Positions 32,612 to 42,584 of a stretch of 64,000 nucleotides of DNA are shown here, in pieces. Both the position numbers and the translations under genes were made by a program. The first letter of the stretch is position 1. Each line of letters starts with the position of its first letter. This DNA comes from Naegleria gruberi (lineage: Eukaryota), in assembly GCA_000004985.1 (NCBI GenBank), contig GG738913.1. One strand, given 5' to 3'. The notes under the pieces are model-generated. The model was not told the origin of the DNA. It searched no databases and saw only the letters and a list, made by a program, of their open reading frames with translations.

Positions 32612-34933
32612 ATGTCAATAACAACACAACATTTCGAAAATTTTAACAATAACAACCACTCCTCACAAACCAATGTGCAAAACACTGCTTCTAGTACCTC
32701 AACAAGTGGCAGCAGTCCAAGAAATAACTCTCACAGAATTAATAGACAATCATTAGAATCTAGATGGAGACTCCGAGAACGTTCTAGAAGATATTCAGTT
32801 GCCTTGTCAACTAATAGTGGTGGAAGTGCTAGTCCTCCATCAACTTCAACAACTTCAACCTCTGCAGCCAATAATAATAACAATTCGAATAATGATTCGT
32901 TTGTTTCTTCTCAAAGTTTTGGATCCAATGAAGAAACACAGCCACAACAGCAACAACAATCAACACCAAGCTCTAGAAGTTCCTCACTCTTTGATGCTTC
33001 CCAAATTCAGAAAAACATTAAAAAGAGAGGCAGTAGTTTGGGAGCTAATTTCATTTCTGGTCGAGATAACAAGACGAATAGTGTTGATGGAGTGGTTTTT
33101 AATGGAACTCAGAGAGATACCTCTCTGTCACTTGCAGTAATGGATTCCTCATTGGCTAATGGTCCAGTTTCAATGACCTATGGTTCTGTTGATGCATTGA
33201 GAAATAGATTTTTGGACTTTGTGAAATCTTGTGGAAGCCAATCAAAACATTTGAAGAATCCACAATTGGATGAAGAGTTTGAGGTTAAATTATTGTTTAT
33301 GGACTATTTCTATGATGGAAGTACTAGAAAACCATCAAAATTATTGAAAGATGTGCCAACTGTTTTGACCTTGTTGGATGTTTACTGTCATCATTTGGTT
33401 TTTCATTTTGATGATTGGCATTCACTTCCAGAAAGTGAAGATGAATATCCATATTTCAAACATATTGTGGAAACAGTCATTCCTGATAAGGAAAAGTTCA
33501 AATGGATGAATCATTCGAGATTTGAACAATTTTTAATTGAAAAGTATCAAGATGCCATCTCTAAGGATTATCCACCACTTCGTTCTGATGAGATTTTGTT
33601 GAATCAACAAGAAACCAAGGAGAAGGAATCATCTTTTTCAACTACTACTGAGCAAACCAACAATTCATTGGATAATCTCCATGCTAGACCAACCATTAGT
33701 TTATTACCTGAAAATTCTTATCAGGAAACTGAGGAATTGAGAAGAGACAGTGTTGCCAGTGATGATTCAAGCACTTCTGATAGTAATGTAGTCATTACTG
33801 AGAATAGTTCCAACCCAATTCCAAAACCAACGCACAGAGTTGGTGTTTTGGAGGAAATTCACATGTTATGCGACATGTTCTTCTATGAATTGGAAGATTT
33901 ATTTGTTCTCTATCAAGAAAAGAATCAAAACTATGTTCACAAATGGGTTCAACTTGGTTTAAAGAATGGATCGATTCCAACCTATGTCATTGAAGTGTAC
34001 CGTAAGAAATTGGAATATAACGAGAGTACGCAATCTCAATTCACAGTTGATGCCAGTGATTTTGTTTCACAACATGTCATTGATAAGGATTGGAAGTTTT
34101 TGAGATATATGTGTAAGGAATATTCACCAGATTGGTATTGCTCTTACAAGGATATTGGAAATGTTGTGCAGTGGACCACTAAGAGAGATTACACAACCGA
34201 TAATTTGAAATTGAGAAACTCCAAAATTGTTGGTTATATTAATTTGCCAATGGAGGATGTTGTGAAATCCTTCTCATTTGATCATCATTTTTCATATGCC
34301 TTTGAGAATATTGAATTCCACAATTATCATCCAATCAATGCTAGTAATTCATTGCACAAGTATCCCTCTGCAACAGTTTCGGGTACATTCAATTTAAGTT
34401 CAGTCTTCTCAAAGAGAAGTATAGAGCAAGTTATTTCATGTAGATCAGTATTTGTGGGTAACGAATTGACTGAACACATGATATTGTTCAAATCATGTGA
34501 TTTATCACCAAACGAAAGTAGTAACTCCAAGAAGGGAAAGGTTAAATTCATGGGTCTTCGTCTCGTTTCTAAAATTGATAATAACAGAACTAGATATTGT
34601 GAATTGAGGTCGGGAAATCTTGGGGGTGTTTTGAATTCTTCCCTAATTATTAACAATCCAATAATTAATAAGAAAGTTGTAAAAGGAGTTCATGGAGGAT
34701 TAATTAATGTATTGAAACTTTTGAAGAATAATGGATTTCCATTCCCAGATGAGAAGGAGAATCACGTAGCTCGTGTTTGGATTGATTATTGTAAACAGTA
34801 TTGCAATGTTGATGTGAAATCTCTGTATGGACAATCAGCAGTAAGAACCATTGATTTATCACATAGCAAGACCAAGTACAGCAATGATGATTCCTCTTCC
34901 TCAACAACAGAAACAACATCATCCAATAAATAA
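32612..34933 (+). CDS. uncharacterised protein, family member 1 of a tandem triplet (long low-complexity N-terminus; C-terminal ~450 aa homologous to the two downstream genes)
   Basis: 773-aa ORF. The C-terminal region aligns with the ORFs at 35357 and 37173 (ELTEHMILFKSCDLSPNE... vs ELVETTFLYKSCNSDTKN...; ...VARVWIDYCKQYCNVDVKSL vs ...WRTFCEYCREYFKVDPNELE). Confidence 0.7.
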   Translation: MSITTQHFENFNNNNHSSQTNVQNTASSTSTSGSSPRNNSHRINRQSLESRWRLRERSRRYSVALSTNSGGSASPPSTSTTSTSAANNNNNSNNDSFVSSQSFGSNEETQPQQQQQSTPSSRSSSLFDASQIQKNIKKRGSSLGANFISGRDNKTNSVDGVVFNGTQRDTSLSLAVMDSSLANGPVSMTYGSVDALRNRFLDFVKSCGSQSKHLKNPQLDEEFEVKLLFMDYFYDGSTRKPSKLLKDVPTVLTLLDVYCHHLVFHFDDWHSLPESEDEYPYFKHIVETVIPDKEKFKWMNHSRFEQFLIEKYQDAISKDYPPLRSDEILLNQQETKEKESSFSTTTEQTNNSLDNLHARPTISLLPENSYQETEELRRDSVASDDSSTSDSNVVITENSSNPIPKPTHRVGVLEEIHMLCDMFFYELEDLFVLYQEKNQNYVHKWVQLGLKNGSIPTYVIEVYRKKLEYNESTQSQFTVDASDFVSQHVIDKDWKFLRYMCKEYSPDWYCSYKDIGNVVQWTTKRDYTTDNLKLRNSKIVGYINLPMEDVVKSFSFDHHFSYAFENIEFHNYHPINASNSLHKYPSATVSGTFNLSSVFSKRSIEQVISCRSVFVGNELTEHMILFKSCDLSPNESSNSKKGKVKFMGLRLVSKIDNNRTRYCELRSGNLGGVLNSSLIINNPIINKKVVKGVHGGLINVLKLLKNNGFPFPDEKENHVARVWIDYCKQYCNVDVKSLYGQSAVRTIDLSHSKTKYSNDDSSSSTTETTSSNK

Positions 34934-35052
34934 TCGTATAATTAACTATAATATTATTAGTCATTGCCAATATATAGTACGCTGTAGCAATAAACGAGAC
35001 AAATGTGATCACGTAATTTCGTTTTATTCGACTTGATAGATAAAATAGTGTA

Positions 35053-35123
35053 GGGGCGGTGGTGTAATGGTAACATCGCAGCCTCCAAAGCTGTGGCCGG
35101 GGGTTCGATTCCCCCTCGCCCCC
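35053..35123 (+). tRNA. tRNA-Trp (anticodon CCA)
   Basis: Manual cloverleaf. Acceptor GGGGCGG/TCGCCCC (one G-U). D-arm GTGT/ACAT with loop AATGGTA. Anticodon stem GCAGC/GCTGT with loop C-T-CCA-A-A (U33, A37). 4-nt variable loop. T-arm GGGGG/CCCCC with loop TTCGATT. Discriminator C. No encoded CCA. Followed by T-runs. Confidence 0.9.
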
Positions 35124-35127
35124 TACA

Positions 35128-35145
35128 TTTTGCTTTTTTCTTTTT
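35128..35145 (+). terminator. oligo-T Pol III termination signal downstream of tRNA-Trp
   Basis: TTTTGCTTTTTTCTTTTT immediately 3' of the tRNA discriminator base. Confidence 0.6.
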
Positions 35146-35356
35146 AAAATTATTCTATTAAGCTTTTCTCGTACTCTTAATTTTCAATTCCAATTGTCAC
35201 TCTTCAAACTTGAAAAATTAGCAAATTATTTCAAAAATATTTTTCAAAATTTTATCTTTAAAACCAAAAAGTAATGAATCATCTCCAACATCTCCAAATA
35301 TCAACAAACATGTAACGCAAGAACAATATCTCTCCCATCAACACTTATCTTTTTTT

Positions 35357-36955
35357 ATGACAGCAACCGCTATGACAGCTGCTGACCTACAAAAATCCAA
35401 AAAAATGTCATTTAGAAACAAGACGAATCCGCCTAAAGTATGCAAATGTCTTCCTAAAATTCCATTCGAAGTGTTGATTGGTTGTTTTCAAGAGAGTGAA
35501 AGGGTTTCGTTTCAAAGTGCTTCAAGTTTTTATTCGAATGCTTTTGGTCAAGGAAGACGAAACACCTTTTCTGGAAAGAGTTGTCTGTATCGAACTGTAG
35601 ACTTACGAACAAAATTTGAAGAATATCTTTACGATAACTTGCCAATATTCGACAGTGAAGTCATTTGTCAAAAATTACAATTTCTTGACATTTTCTGTGA
35701 GTCAATGAAAATCAAAGGAAAACCTCTCTATCACATTAGAGATGTCTTTTCACTTTGCAATACTTATCTTTATGAACTCATTAAGGGTATTGAACAAGAT
35801 GGTTCTGTCATTATCCACAACAATAGTTTGGAATATTCCTTCCTTAAACAGTTTAGTTGTGTTGTGAGTGAGAATGAAGAGTTGTTGCCAGTTTTTTCCA
35901 GTCATGAATATTTGAAGAGTTGGTTTAGTAAGAAACAGAAAGAATTGTTGGAATGGAAAGTGGACGAAACTTTTCAGCACACAACTGAGGAATATCAAGA
36001 TGATCAACTTGGCATTTTGATCACCATGTTTGTCAATCAAATGCATGGACATTTCTTATATTTCCAAGAAAAGAATTCCAAATATTGCAAAAAATGGATG
36101 CAAGAAAACATTACAGAGCTACCGAAACATTTATTCGAATGTCTAAAAAGTGCTGCAGAAAAAACACAAAAATACAGAGATCATCTTGCCTACAGCCACA
36201 ACGATGGCTTTTCCATTCCCAAAATTATCGATGCAGATTTTGAGATTATCCACCACTTGTCGAATCTCAGAAGTTCCAGTTGGAAAATGCTTTCCATCAG
36301 CAAACTCAATGAAATTCTTTCATTTTCATCAACGGAGAATTTCACATCTTGTCCAAAAGGAAAAATTCACAAATTTGTATATTATGAACCTTACAATATT
36401 CTCCAGTTGACCAAAGCAATGTTATCATACAAATATGATCGTCCTTCTGAATTTTACAAACTTGGTGAGTGTCAAGAATATCAAAAACTAGATGTCAATA
36501 ATTCTTCCAAAAAGTATTCGACAGTTGTCATGCCTGTCAGTTTACAACTCAACTCTATCCTGCCAAAACGTCAAACCACATCAATCTTTGCCACCAAAGC
36601 AAAATTCATCAATACTGAACTAGTCGAAACTACTTTCCTTTACAAATCATGCAATTCAGATACCAAGAATCCATACCTCACACTTGGTGGATTTATCCTA
36701 CAAAAAGACGATACGAATCGAACAAGAATAATCGATTCGAAAATGTATCATTTTGGAGGAATTTTACAAACTGATTTTGCGTTGAGTTTATTTGTGGCAA
36801 AATCAAGGAAAGAGTTGAAACCGAGGGTTGAGTGGATGATGGAGAAGGTGAGGGAGAAAGGTTTCGTATTGGATGAAGAGAAGGAATTGGTGTGGAGAAC
36901 GTTTTGTGAATATTGTAGAGAATATTTTAAGGTGGATCCGAATGAATTGGAATAA
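35357..36955 (+). CDS. uncharacterised protein, family member 2 of tandem triplet
   Basis: 532-aa ORF. Roughly 50% identical to the 37173 ORF along its whole length (KLQFLDIFCES.../KLQLLDWFYDP...; ...ILPKHLFECLK/ILPKHLFEDLK; ...LYKSCNSDT...GGFILQKDDTNRTRIID/GGFIIQKDDVDRCRIID). Confidence 0.8.
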   Translation: MTATAMTAADLQKSKKMSFRNKTNPPKVCKCLPKIPFEVLIGCFQESERVSFQSASSFYSNAFGQGRRNTFSGKSCLYRTVDLRTKFEEYLYDNLPIFDSEVICQKLQFLDIFCESMKIKGKPLYHIRDVFSLCNTYLYELIKGIEQDGSVIIHNNSLEYSFLKQFSCVVSENEELLPVFSSHEYLKSWFSKKQKELLEWKVDETFQHTTEEYQDDQLGILITMFVNQMHGHFLYFQEKNSKYCKKWMQENITELPKHLFECLKSAAEKTQKYRDHLAYSHNDGFSIPKIIDADFEIIHHLSNLRSSSWKMLSISKLNEILSFSSTENFTSCPKGKIHKFVYYEPYNILQLTKAMLSYKYDRPSEFYKLGECQEYQKLDVNNSSKKYSTVVMPVSLQLNSILPKRQTTSIFATKAKFINTELVETTFLYKSCNSDTKNPYLTLGGFILQKDDTNRTRIIDSKMYHFGGILQTDFALSLFVAKSRKELKPRVEWMMEKVREKGFVLDEEKELVWRTFCEYCREYFKVDPNELE

Positions 36956-37172
36956 AGTTGTTGTTTCGAATAAGTTTAGGTTCCGGAAATTTGGTTTCGG
37001 ATTAAAAGTTGATTGTAAATTATTTGGTGATTGTAAACTAATTAACTTTCAACATTATTTGTTTCTTATTAATATTGTCGTTTCCCGAACTAATGTTCAA
37101 GATTTTGAAGTTTAGTTTGTTTGGGCAATTCATGTCTTTTAAGAAATTTGATATTTCACGAAAGTTGACACG

Positions 37173-38807
37173 ATGAAAAACGAAGAGAATCATTTTCAAA
37201 CATTAAAAAAAAATAACTTAACAACCTATTCGAAATCCTATTCGAAAGGTCCATTAGAAATGTCGAGTGATGGTTATGAACTGTTAACGATTCCACTTGA
37301 AGCTGTTATTGGCTTTAAAAACGTTCTCTCCAAGAAATCTTCTTCCCAAACATTAAAATCTAGCCGAAGTGTTTCGTCCGCAGCCAAGACGAAACCTACA
37401 CAATCTAACGTGGAAGAAATTCGATACAAATTCGAAGAATATATTTCTTCAGGTGAATTAGAAGAATCCTCACAAATTTCCCTTCAAAAACTTCAACTTT
37501 TGGATTGGTTTTATGATCCAAAAAGGAAAAGATCAATAACTGTGAAAAATCAAGTGGAATTATTCACAACATGTAATTCGTATCTGTTCGATTTGATTAA
37601 ACAGAGTGATGAGTCAGGATTGATGATTCAGGAAGATCAGAGTGTGGAGTTTCCATTTCTGTCACAATTTGATGTCATTGTGCAGGAAAATCAAAAGATT
37701 TTGCCAATTTTTTCATCACACAAATATTCGAAAGAGTGGTTTTTGAAGAAACAACAAGAATTGAAAGAGTTTCAACAGAAAAGATCATCCACCTCGACAG
37801 GAATTGATCTATCGTCTGAAGATATTGCCAGGGATTATGAGGAATTTCAAGATTATCAATTGGATATTTTGGTTGTAATGATTATCAATCAAATGAAAGA
37901 TTATTTCAGTTATTTCCATAATGAAAATGCAAAATATTGTAAAAAATGGTTGCAAGATAATTTGCCAATTCTACCAAAACACTTGTTTGAAGATTTAAAG
38001 ATCAAACATGACAGAATTCAAAAGTTTAAAGATTTACTTTCGTATAAGGAACAAGATATGGTCTATAGCACGATACTTGATTCAGATTTTGAATTTATTA
38101 AGCATTTATCTGAAAGTACATCCGATTGGAAACTATTCGAAAAATCTAAAATTAACTCAGTTCATGTCTTTACCTCAAAAGAGAATTACACGAGTGTTTC
38201 TGGCACAAAAACCATGAAATATGTCTATTATCATCCGTACGATATTCACAAAGCAAGTAAGGGGTTTCTCTCGTTTGATTTTGCAGAACAAGATGGCATG
38301 TTCACTTGTGGAGAATTTAGAGATTACAAACAATTGGATATTAACAATTCATCCAGAAAGTATTCAAGTGCAGTTCGTTCATGTACAATAGATCTAGGGA
38401 AATTCTTCTCCAAACGTCATAATGAAACTGTTGTGACTTCTAAGGCCAAATTCATTGGTAATGAGCTAGTAGAAACCATTATACTTTACAAATCATGTAA
38501 CAGTGATACTACACAAAAAAACAAATTCCTAACTGTTGGTGGATTTATTATTCAGAAAGATGATGTTGACAGATGCAGAATCATTGATTTGAAAATGTTT
38601 AACATGGGTGGTTTTTTACAGAGCGATTTCATTGTAAACTTTGGAATTAAAAATCATTTGAAACAGATGGGACCCATGGTAAGTCAAATGATGAAAGAAG
38701 TTGAGGAAAGTAATTACAAAATTGATTCAGAAAACAAACCAATTTGGAGAACATTTTGTGATTATTGTAGAGAACATTACAAAATTGATGCTAACCTGCT
38801 TGAATAA
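37173..38807 (+). CDS. uncharacterised protein, family member 3 of tandem triplet
   Basis: 544-aa ORF, paralogous to 35357-36955 (see above). Ends ...IWRTFCDYCREHYKIDANLLE*. Confidence 0.8.
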   Translation: MKNEENHFQTLKKNNLTTYSKSYSKGPLEMSSDGYELLTIPLEAVIGFKNVLSKKSSSQTLKSSRSVSSAAKTKPTQSNVEEIRYKFEEYISSGELEESSQISLQKLQLLDWFYDPKRKRSITVKNQVELFTTCNSYLFDLIKQSDESGLMIQEDQSVEFPFLSQFDVIVQENQKILPIFSSHKYSKEWFLKKQQELKEFQQKRSSTSTGIDLSSEDIARDYEEFQDYQLDILVVMIINQMKDYFSYFHNENAKYCKKWLQDNLPILPKHLFEDLKIKHDRIQKFKDLLSYKEQDMVYSTILDSDFEFIKHLSESTSDWKLFEKSKINSVHVFTSKENYTSVSGTKTMKYVYYHPYDIHKASKGFLSFDFAEQDGMFTCGEFRDYKQLDINNSSRKYSSAVRSCTIDLGKFFSKRHNETVVTSKAKFIGNELVETIILYKSCNSDTTQKNKFLTVGGFIIQKDDVDRCRIIDLKMFNMGGFLQSDFIVNFGIKNHLKQMGPMVSQMMKEVEESNYKIDSENKPIWRTFCDYCREHYKIDANLLE

Positions 38808-39343
38808 ATTGGGTAACCAATTTAATCTTTACTGAAAGCGTGACATGAAAATGATTAGTTTTTATCCTTAATTGGTTGAATAACATTTTCATATAGTAAA
38901 TTGAACATTTTGGTGAAATTGCAAATGTCAGATTTACCCTCATTCTCAATAACATCCTTCAACAATTGAATAATCACATCAAAATTATTAAATTCCTTCA
39001 TTTTCTTATTGAGTTCATTCAATTTTAATTCTTAAATTTCCATTTTCCCATTTAAATATTTCAGAAATTGAAACATTACAAACAATTGCCAAAAATAATT
39101 GTGACAAAAAAGCAATACTATAATAATCATGTTCTTTTGTAAATTGAATTAATTCATTTGTTAAATTGGTGAATCTACTTTTGTGTGAATTGAATTACAT
39201 GATTGATCACACTCCAAGGTATCACATCACTTGTTAATTATCTACCATCATGTCATTCCAAAAGCTATTTTAAAACTGACACAAAGGTCCAAAAAAAAAT
39301 ACAACAACAACATCTTTACACACCATTAACAAAATAGTTTCGA

Positions 39344-40690
39344 ATGTCTTTCAACAGTTTCAACCTACTCACAAGCGATAACGATACCGATCAAGAAATA
39401 GAATCCACTTCTCACAAGCAAGAAAATGCTCCTTCTACTGATGAAGATTTCACTACTTCTGAAGATTATAAAGGTTTCCAAGTTTTAAAAAAGAAAAGTA
39501 AAGGAAGGAAACATCCTTTCCGTGCAGAGAACAAGTCAGAGTCAGCTCTTAAAAACAAACTCAAGAAAGACTCTGATTTGAATATGCATCATTCCCAAAC
39601 AACTGAGAACAAGTCAGCTCTTCAAAACAGTTTACCAGAACAACTCAAGAAAGACTCTCAATTTGTGGTAGTTGACAAGTACCTTGCCAGTGGTAAAGTG
39701 CAGTTACATTCCATTGTTACCAAACCAGAAAATTTTAAAACAATGTATGTGATTTATGATTCTAGTTGTGATCTAGCACTTGGAGACGAGTTACAAATTA
39801 CACAAGATTGCACAAGTTTATCCTCCACTACCTTTACAAAAATTAATACAGAAGATACTCAAGGATGTATTGTTTCCTCTGGTTTGCTTATTATGAAAGA
39901 AGGAAAGGGATTTTTCATGGAGAATAAGTTTTCATATGGAAAAATTACTTTTTCCTACATGATGAAGGAGCTAGACAAGGATTTGACCGAATTACCAGAT
40001 GATATCAAAGAAGAATTTCAGCATTGTGTGAAACAGTTTACCGATGAAGAGATCAAACAACTGAAGGGAGCCATCAATCTCATCAACGAGGATATGCAGA
40101 AATTCATGATACCACATTTGTTCATTGAAAAAATAACTCGATTTTTCACAAGATTTAGTGAAGATTTGCAGAGATTAGATACTGAGCGCGATATAGATGA
40201 AGAAGGATGTGCTTTCAAAAACTTTTCTCCTCCAAAAGGAAAGCTAGAATCTGTAGAAAAACTCATAAGAAAGAAAACAGAGACTTTGGATTATCGTAAA
40301 AATAACAATCTTGATATGAAAATGAGATTTAAAATGTATGACATCTTAAGTGAAGATTACATTAAGGATATGAACGATCTATACCTTTGGAATGCAGTTA
40401 TAGAATGTGTAGAAGAAACCAACTCAATTCCAACCGATCCCAATGACATGCTTTCTGGATTGAACTCAATTGATGTTCCACTCGTAAATCTCAACACAAG
40501 AATCAAAGGCAGACAAAATCGTCTTTTATGTAGACTATTTATTGTTAATGCTGACCATGATTTTAGACTAAACACAAAAATTAGAGACAAAGAGAGGAGG
40601 AAGAGAAGCGAATATAAAACGGAAGAAGTTTGGATGACTAAGGAAAATCTCCCAAAGAGCTTTTCCAAACTAGCAGAATTATTTCCTTAA
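39344..40690 (+). CDS. hypothetical protein (acidic/Ser-rich N-terminus, no recognisable domain)
   Basis: 448-aa ORF with coding-like composition. No identifiable motif. Confidence 0.55.
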   Translation: MSFNSFNLLTSDNDTDQEIESTSHKQENAPSTDEDFTTSEDYKGFQVLKKKSKGRKHPFRAENKSESALKNKLKKDSDLNMHHSQTTENKSALQNSLPEQLKKDSQFVVVDKYLASGKVQLHSIVTKPENFKTMYVIYDSSCDLALGDELQITQDCTSLSSTTFTKINTEDTQGCIVSSGLLIMKEGKGFFMENKFSYGKITFSYMMKELDKDLTELPDDIKEEFQHCVKQFTDEEIKQLKGAINLINEDMQKFMIPHLFIEKITRFFTRFSEDLQRLDTERDIDEEGCAFKNFSPPKGKLESVEKLIRKKTETLDYRKNNNLDMKMRFKMYDILSEDYIKDMNDLYLWNAVIECVEETNSIPTDPNDMLSGLNSIDVPLVNLNTRIKGRQNRLLCRLFIVNADHDFRLNTKIRDKERRKRSEYKTEEVWMTKENLPKSFSKLAELFP

Positions 40691-40829
40691 CATATTAACA
40701 TGGATATTGCATAGATAATTTCCATCATGTGAAGAATAAATTCCACCACACTGCAAAACCTGAAAAGGGCCATATTGCAGATATTGGATGATCATTGGCT
40801 TAATTGTTTGTGTTCCGAAATCATAAAAA

Positions 40830-42511
40830 ATGTCCAAACTTGTCTTCAGCAGCAGCACTGATGTATCACCTCAAGAAATAACAAGAGAAAAGAACAAAGA
40901 ATCCGATGACGAGGAAATAGAAATTGAAGAAAAGTTTCAACGAAAGGAATTGTTGTCTTCATCCAATACATCTAATAGAAAAATGAGAAGAAGAGGCTCT
41001 GTGATGGTTTATGAAAGTTTTTTCTCATCAGAAAATAATATCCTCAATATTTACCCACAAGCGAAAAGTAATATCCAAGAATATTTCAAAAATAGTGAGT
41101 TCAAGTTTGAAGAAGAAATTAGTATTACAAAATCAATTTTTGAAAAAGAAACAATGCATTTAGTTCTTGTCCCCTATTCGAAATTGAATGAATTTGATTT
41201 GAATTCATGTTCCAAAGTAATGGTTCTTGGTTTTTTAGTACTGACCAGTTTGCAAGGTTTTGTTTTCAAAATCAATAGCAAAAAGCTGCAATTTCAAAAA
41301 CAGGATCCAAATACTGAAGAAGAACAAACTGACAATGATGATGAAAGAAATTCATCCAATAAGAGAAAAAGAAATATGAAAGAAAATGGATCAAAGAAAA
41401 GAAAAGTTTCAACAATCACCAAAGAAATTAATTACTCTGATAATTTGAAAGAAATACTTCAAGAATATGAAATTAATGGTAAAATTGCTACGAAAATAAG
41501 AAATGATGATAAGGTAGCTCTCTATTTTAAACTTGATAATGGGTTTTTAAAGATAATTCACTATTTTGATAATAGTTCAGAGAATGTGAAAGGCATGCAA
41601 ATTATCAAATCCATTCAGCATGACAATATTAATCAGATTTTTCAATTTAAGAAACTGTCCATAACTAGCTCACAATTAGATGAATTGTTTTTTGAAAACA
41701 TTTCAGTTACAACCAAATCAGAACCAACAATATTTGATAGAGGATGGATTATCGTTGAGAATAAATTTCAACACTTCCACATAGGTTCCACAACAGTCAA
41801 TCACTCGAACAGTATTCAATAACATTTTCACAATTTGTTGGTGATATTATTACTTTCATTATTTACCTGAACCAAAAAGATTTGAATACCAAATTATTAT
41901 GTTTTATCAAGTTAATGATGGATGCTATTGAAGCAGTTAATATATTACATGAAAATAATATTATTCATTGTGATATTTCAATTAGAAATGTTGGCATGTT
42001 ATTTACAAAACATGTCATGACATCATATGCCAAAGAAAAAAGCTCAATATTGGAAGCATTGCCAAATGTTTCAAACTGTAATTTCATTTTGATTGATTTC
42101 AATCATTGTAAAGTGGAAGGACAAGAACAAGCAACATTGAACATTTTTCCAGAATGTAATTTTAAAAAAGAAAATATTTTCTTTCCATTTATATCAGAGG
42201 CATACTATCCTACAGATGAATTGGTTCAATTTACAAAAGAACATGATTATTATAGTATTGCTTTAGTTTTGTCACAATTATTTTTGGCAATTGTTTGTAA
42301 TGTTTCAATTTCTGAAATATTTAAATGGGAAAATGGAAATTTAAAAGAATCAGTATTGAGCGAACTCAATAAGAAAATGAAGGAATTTAATAATTTTGAT
42401 GTGATTATTCAATTGTTGAAGGATGTTATTGAGAATGAGGGTAAATCTGACATTTGCAATTTCACCAAAACATTCAATTTACTATATGAAAATGTTATTC
42501 AACCCAATTAA
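40830..42511 (+). CDS. divergent protein-kinase-like protein (copy 1); the two ORFs 40830-41822 and 41882-42511 are joined either by a 95-nt intron (41785-41879) or are broken by a frameshift
   Basis: C-terminal part has a kinase-like catalytic-loop/activation-loop region (HENNIIHCDISIRNVGMLF...FILIDFNHCKVEG). GT at 41785 and AG at 41879 give in-frame ...FQHFHI|DLNTKLLCFIK. The paralogue at 48822-50031 reads through this region as one ORF. Confidence 0.6.
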
Positions 42512-42584
42512 GGATAAAAACTAGTAGTAAAGTATACATCATTGTTGCAACAAATTTTGTTATGATATAATGTGTGAGTATTAT

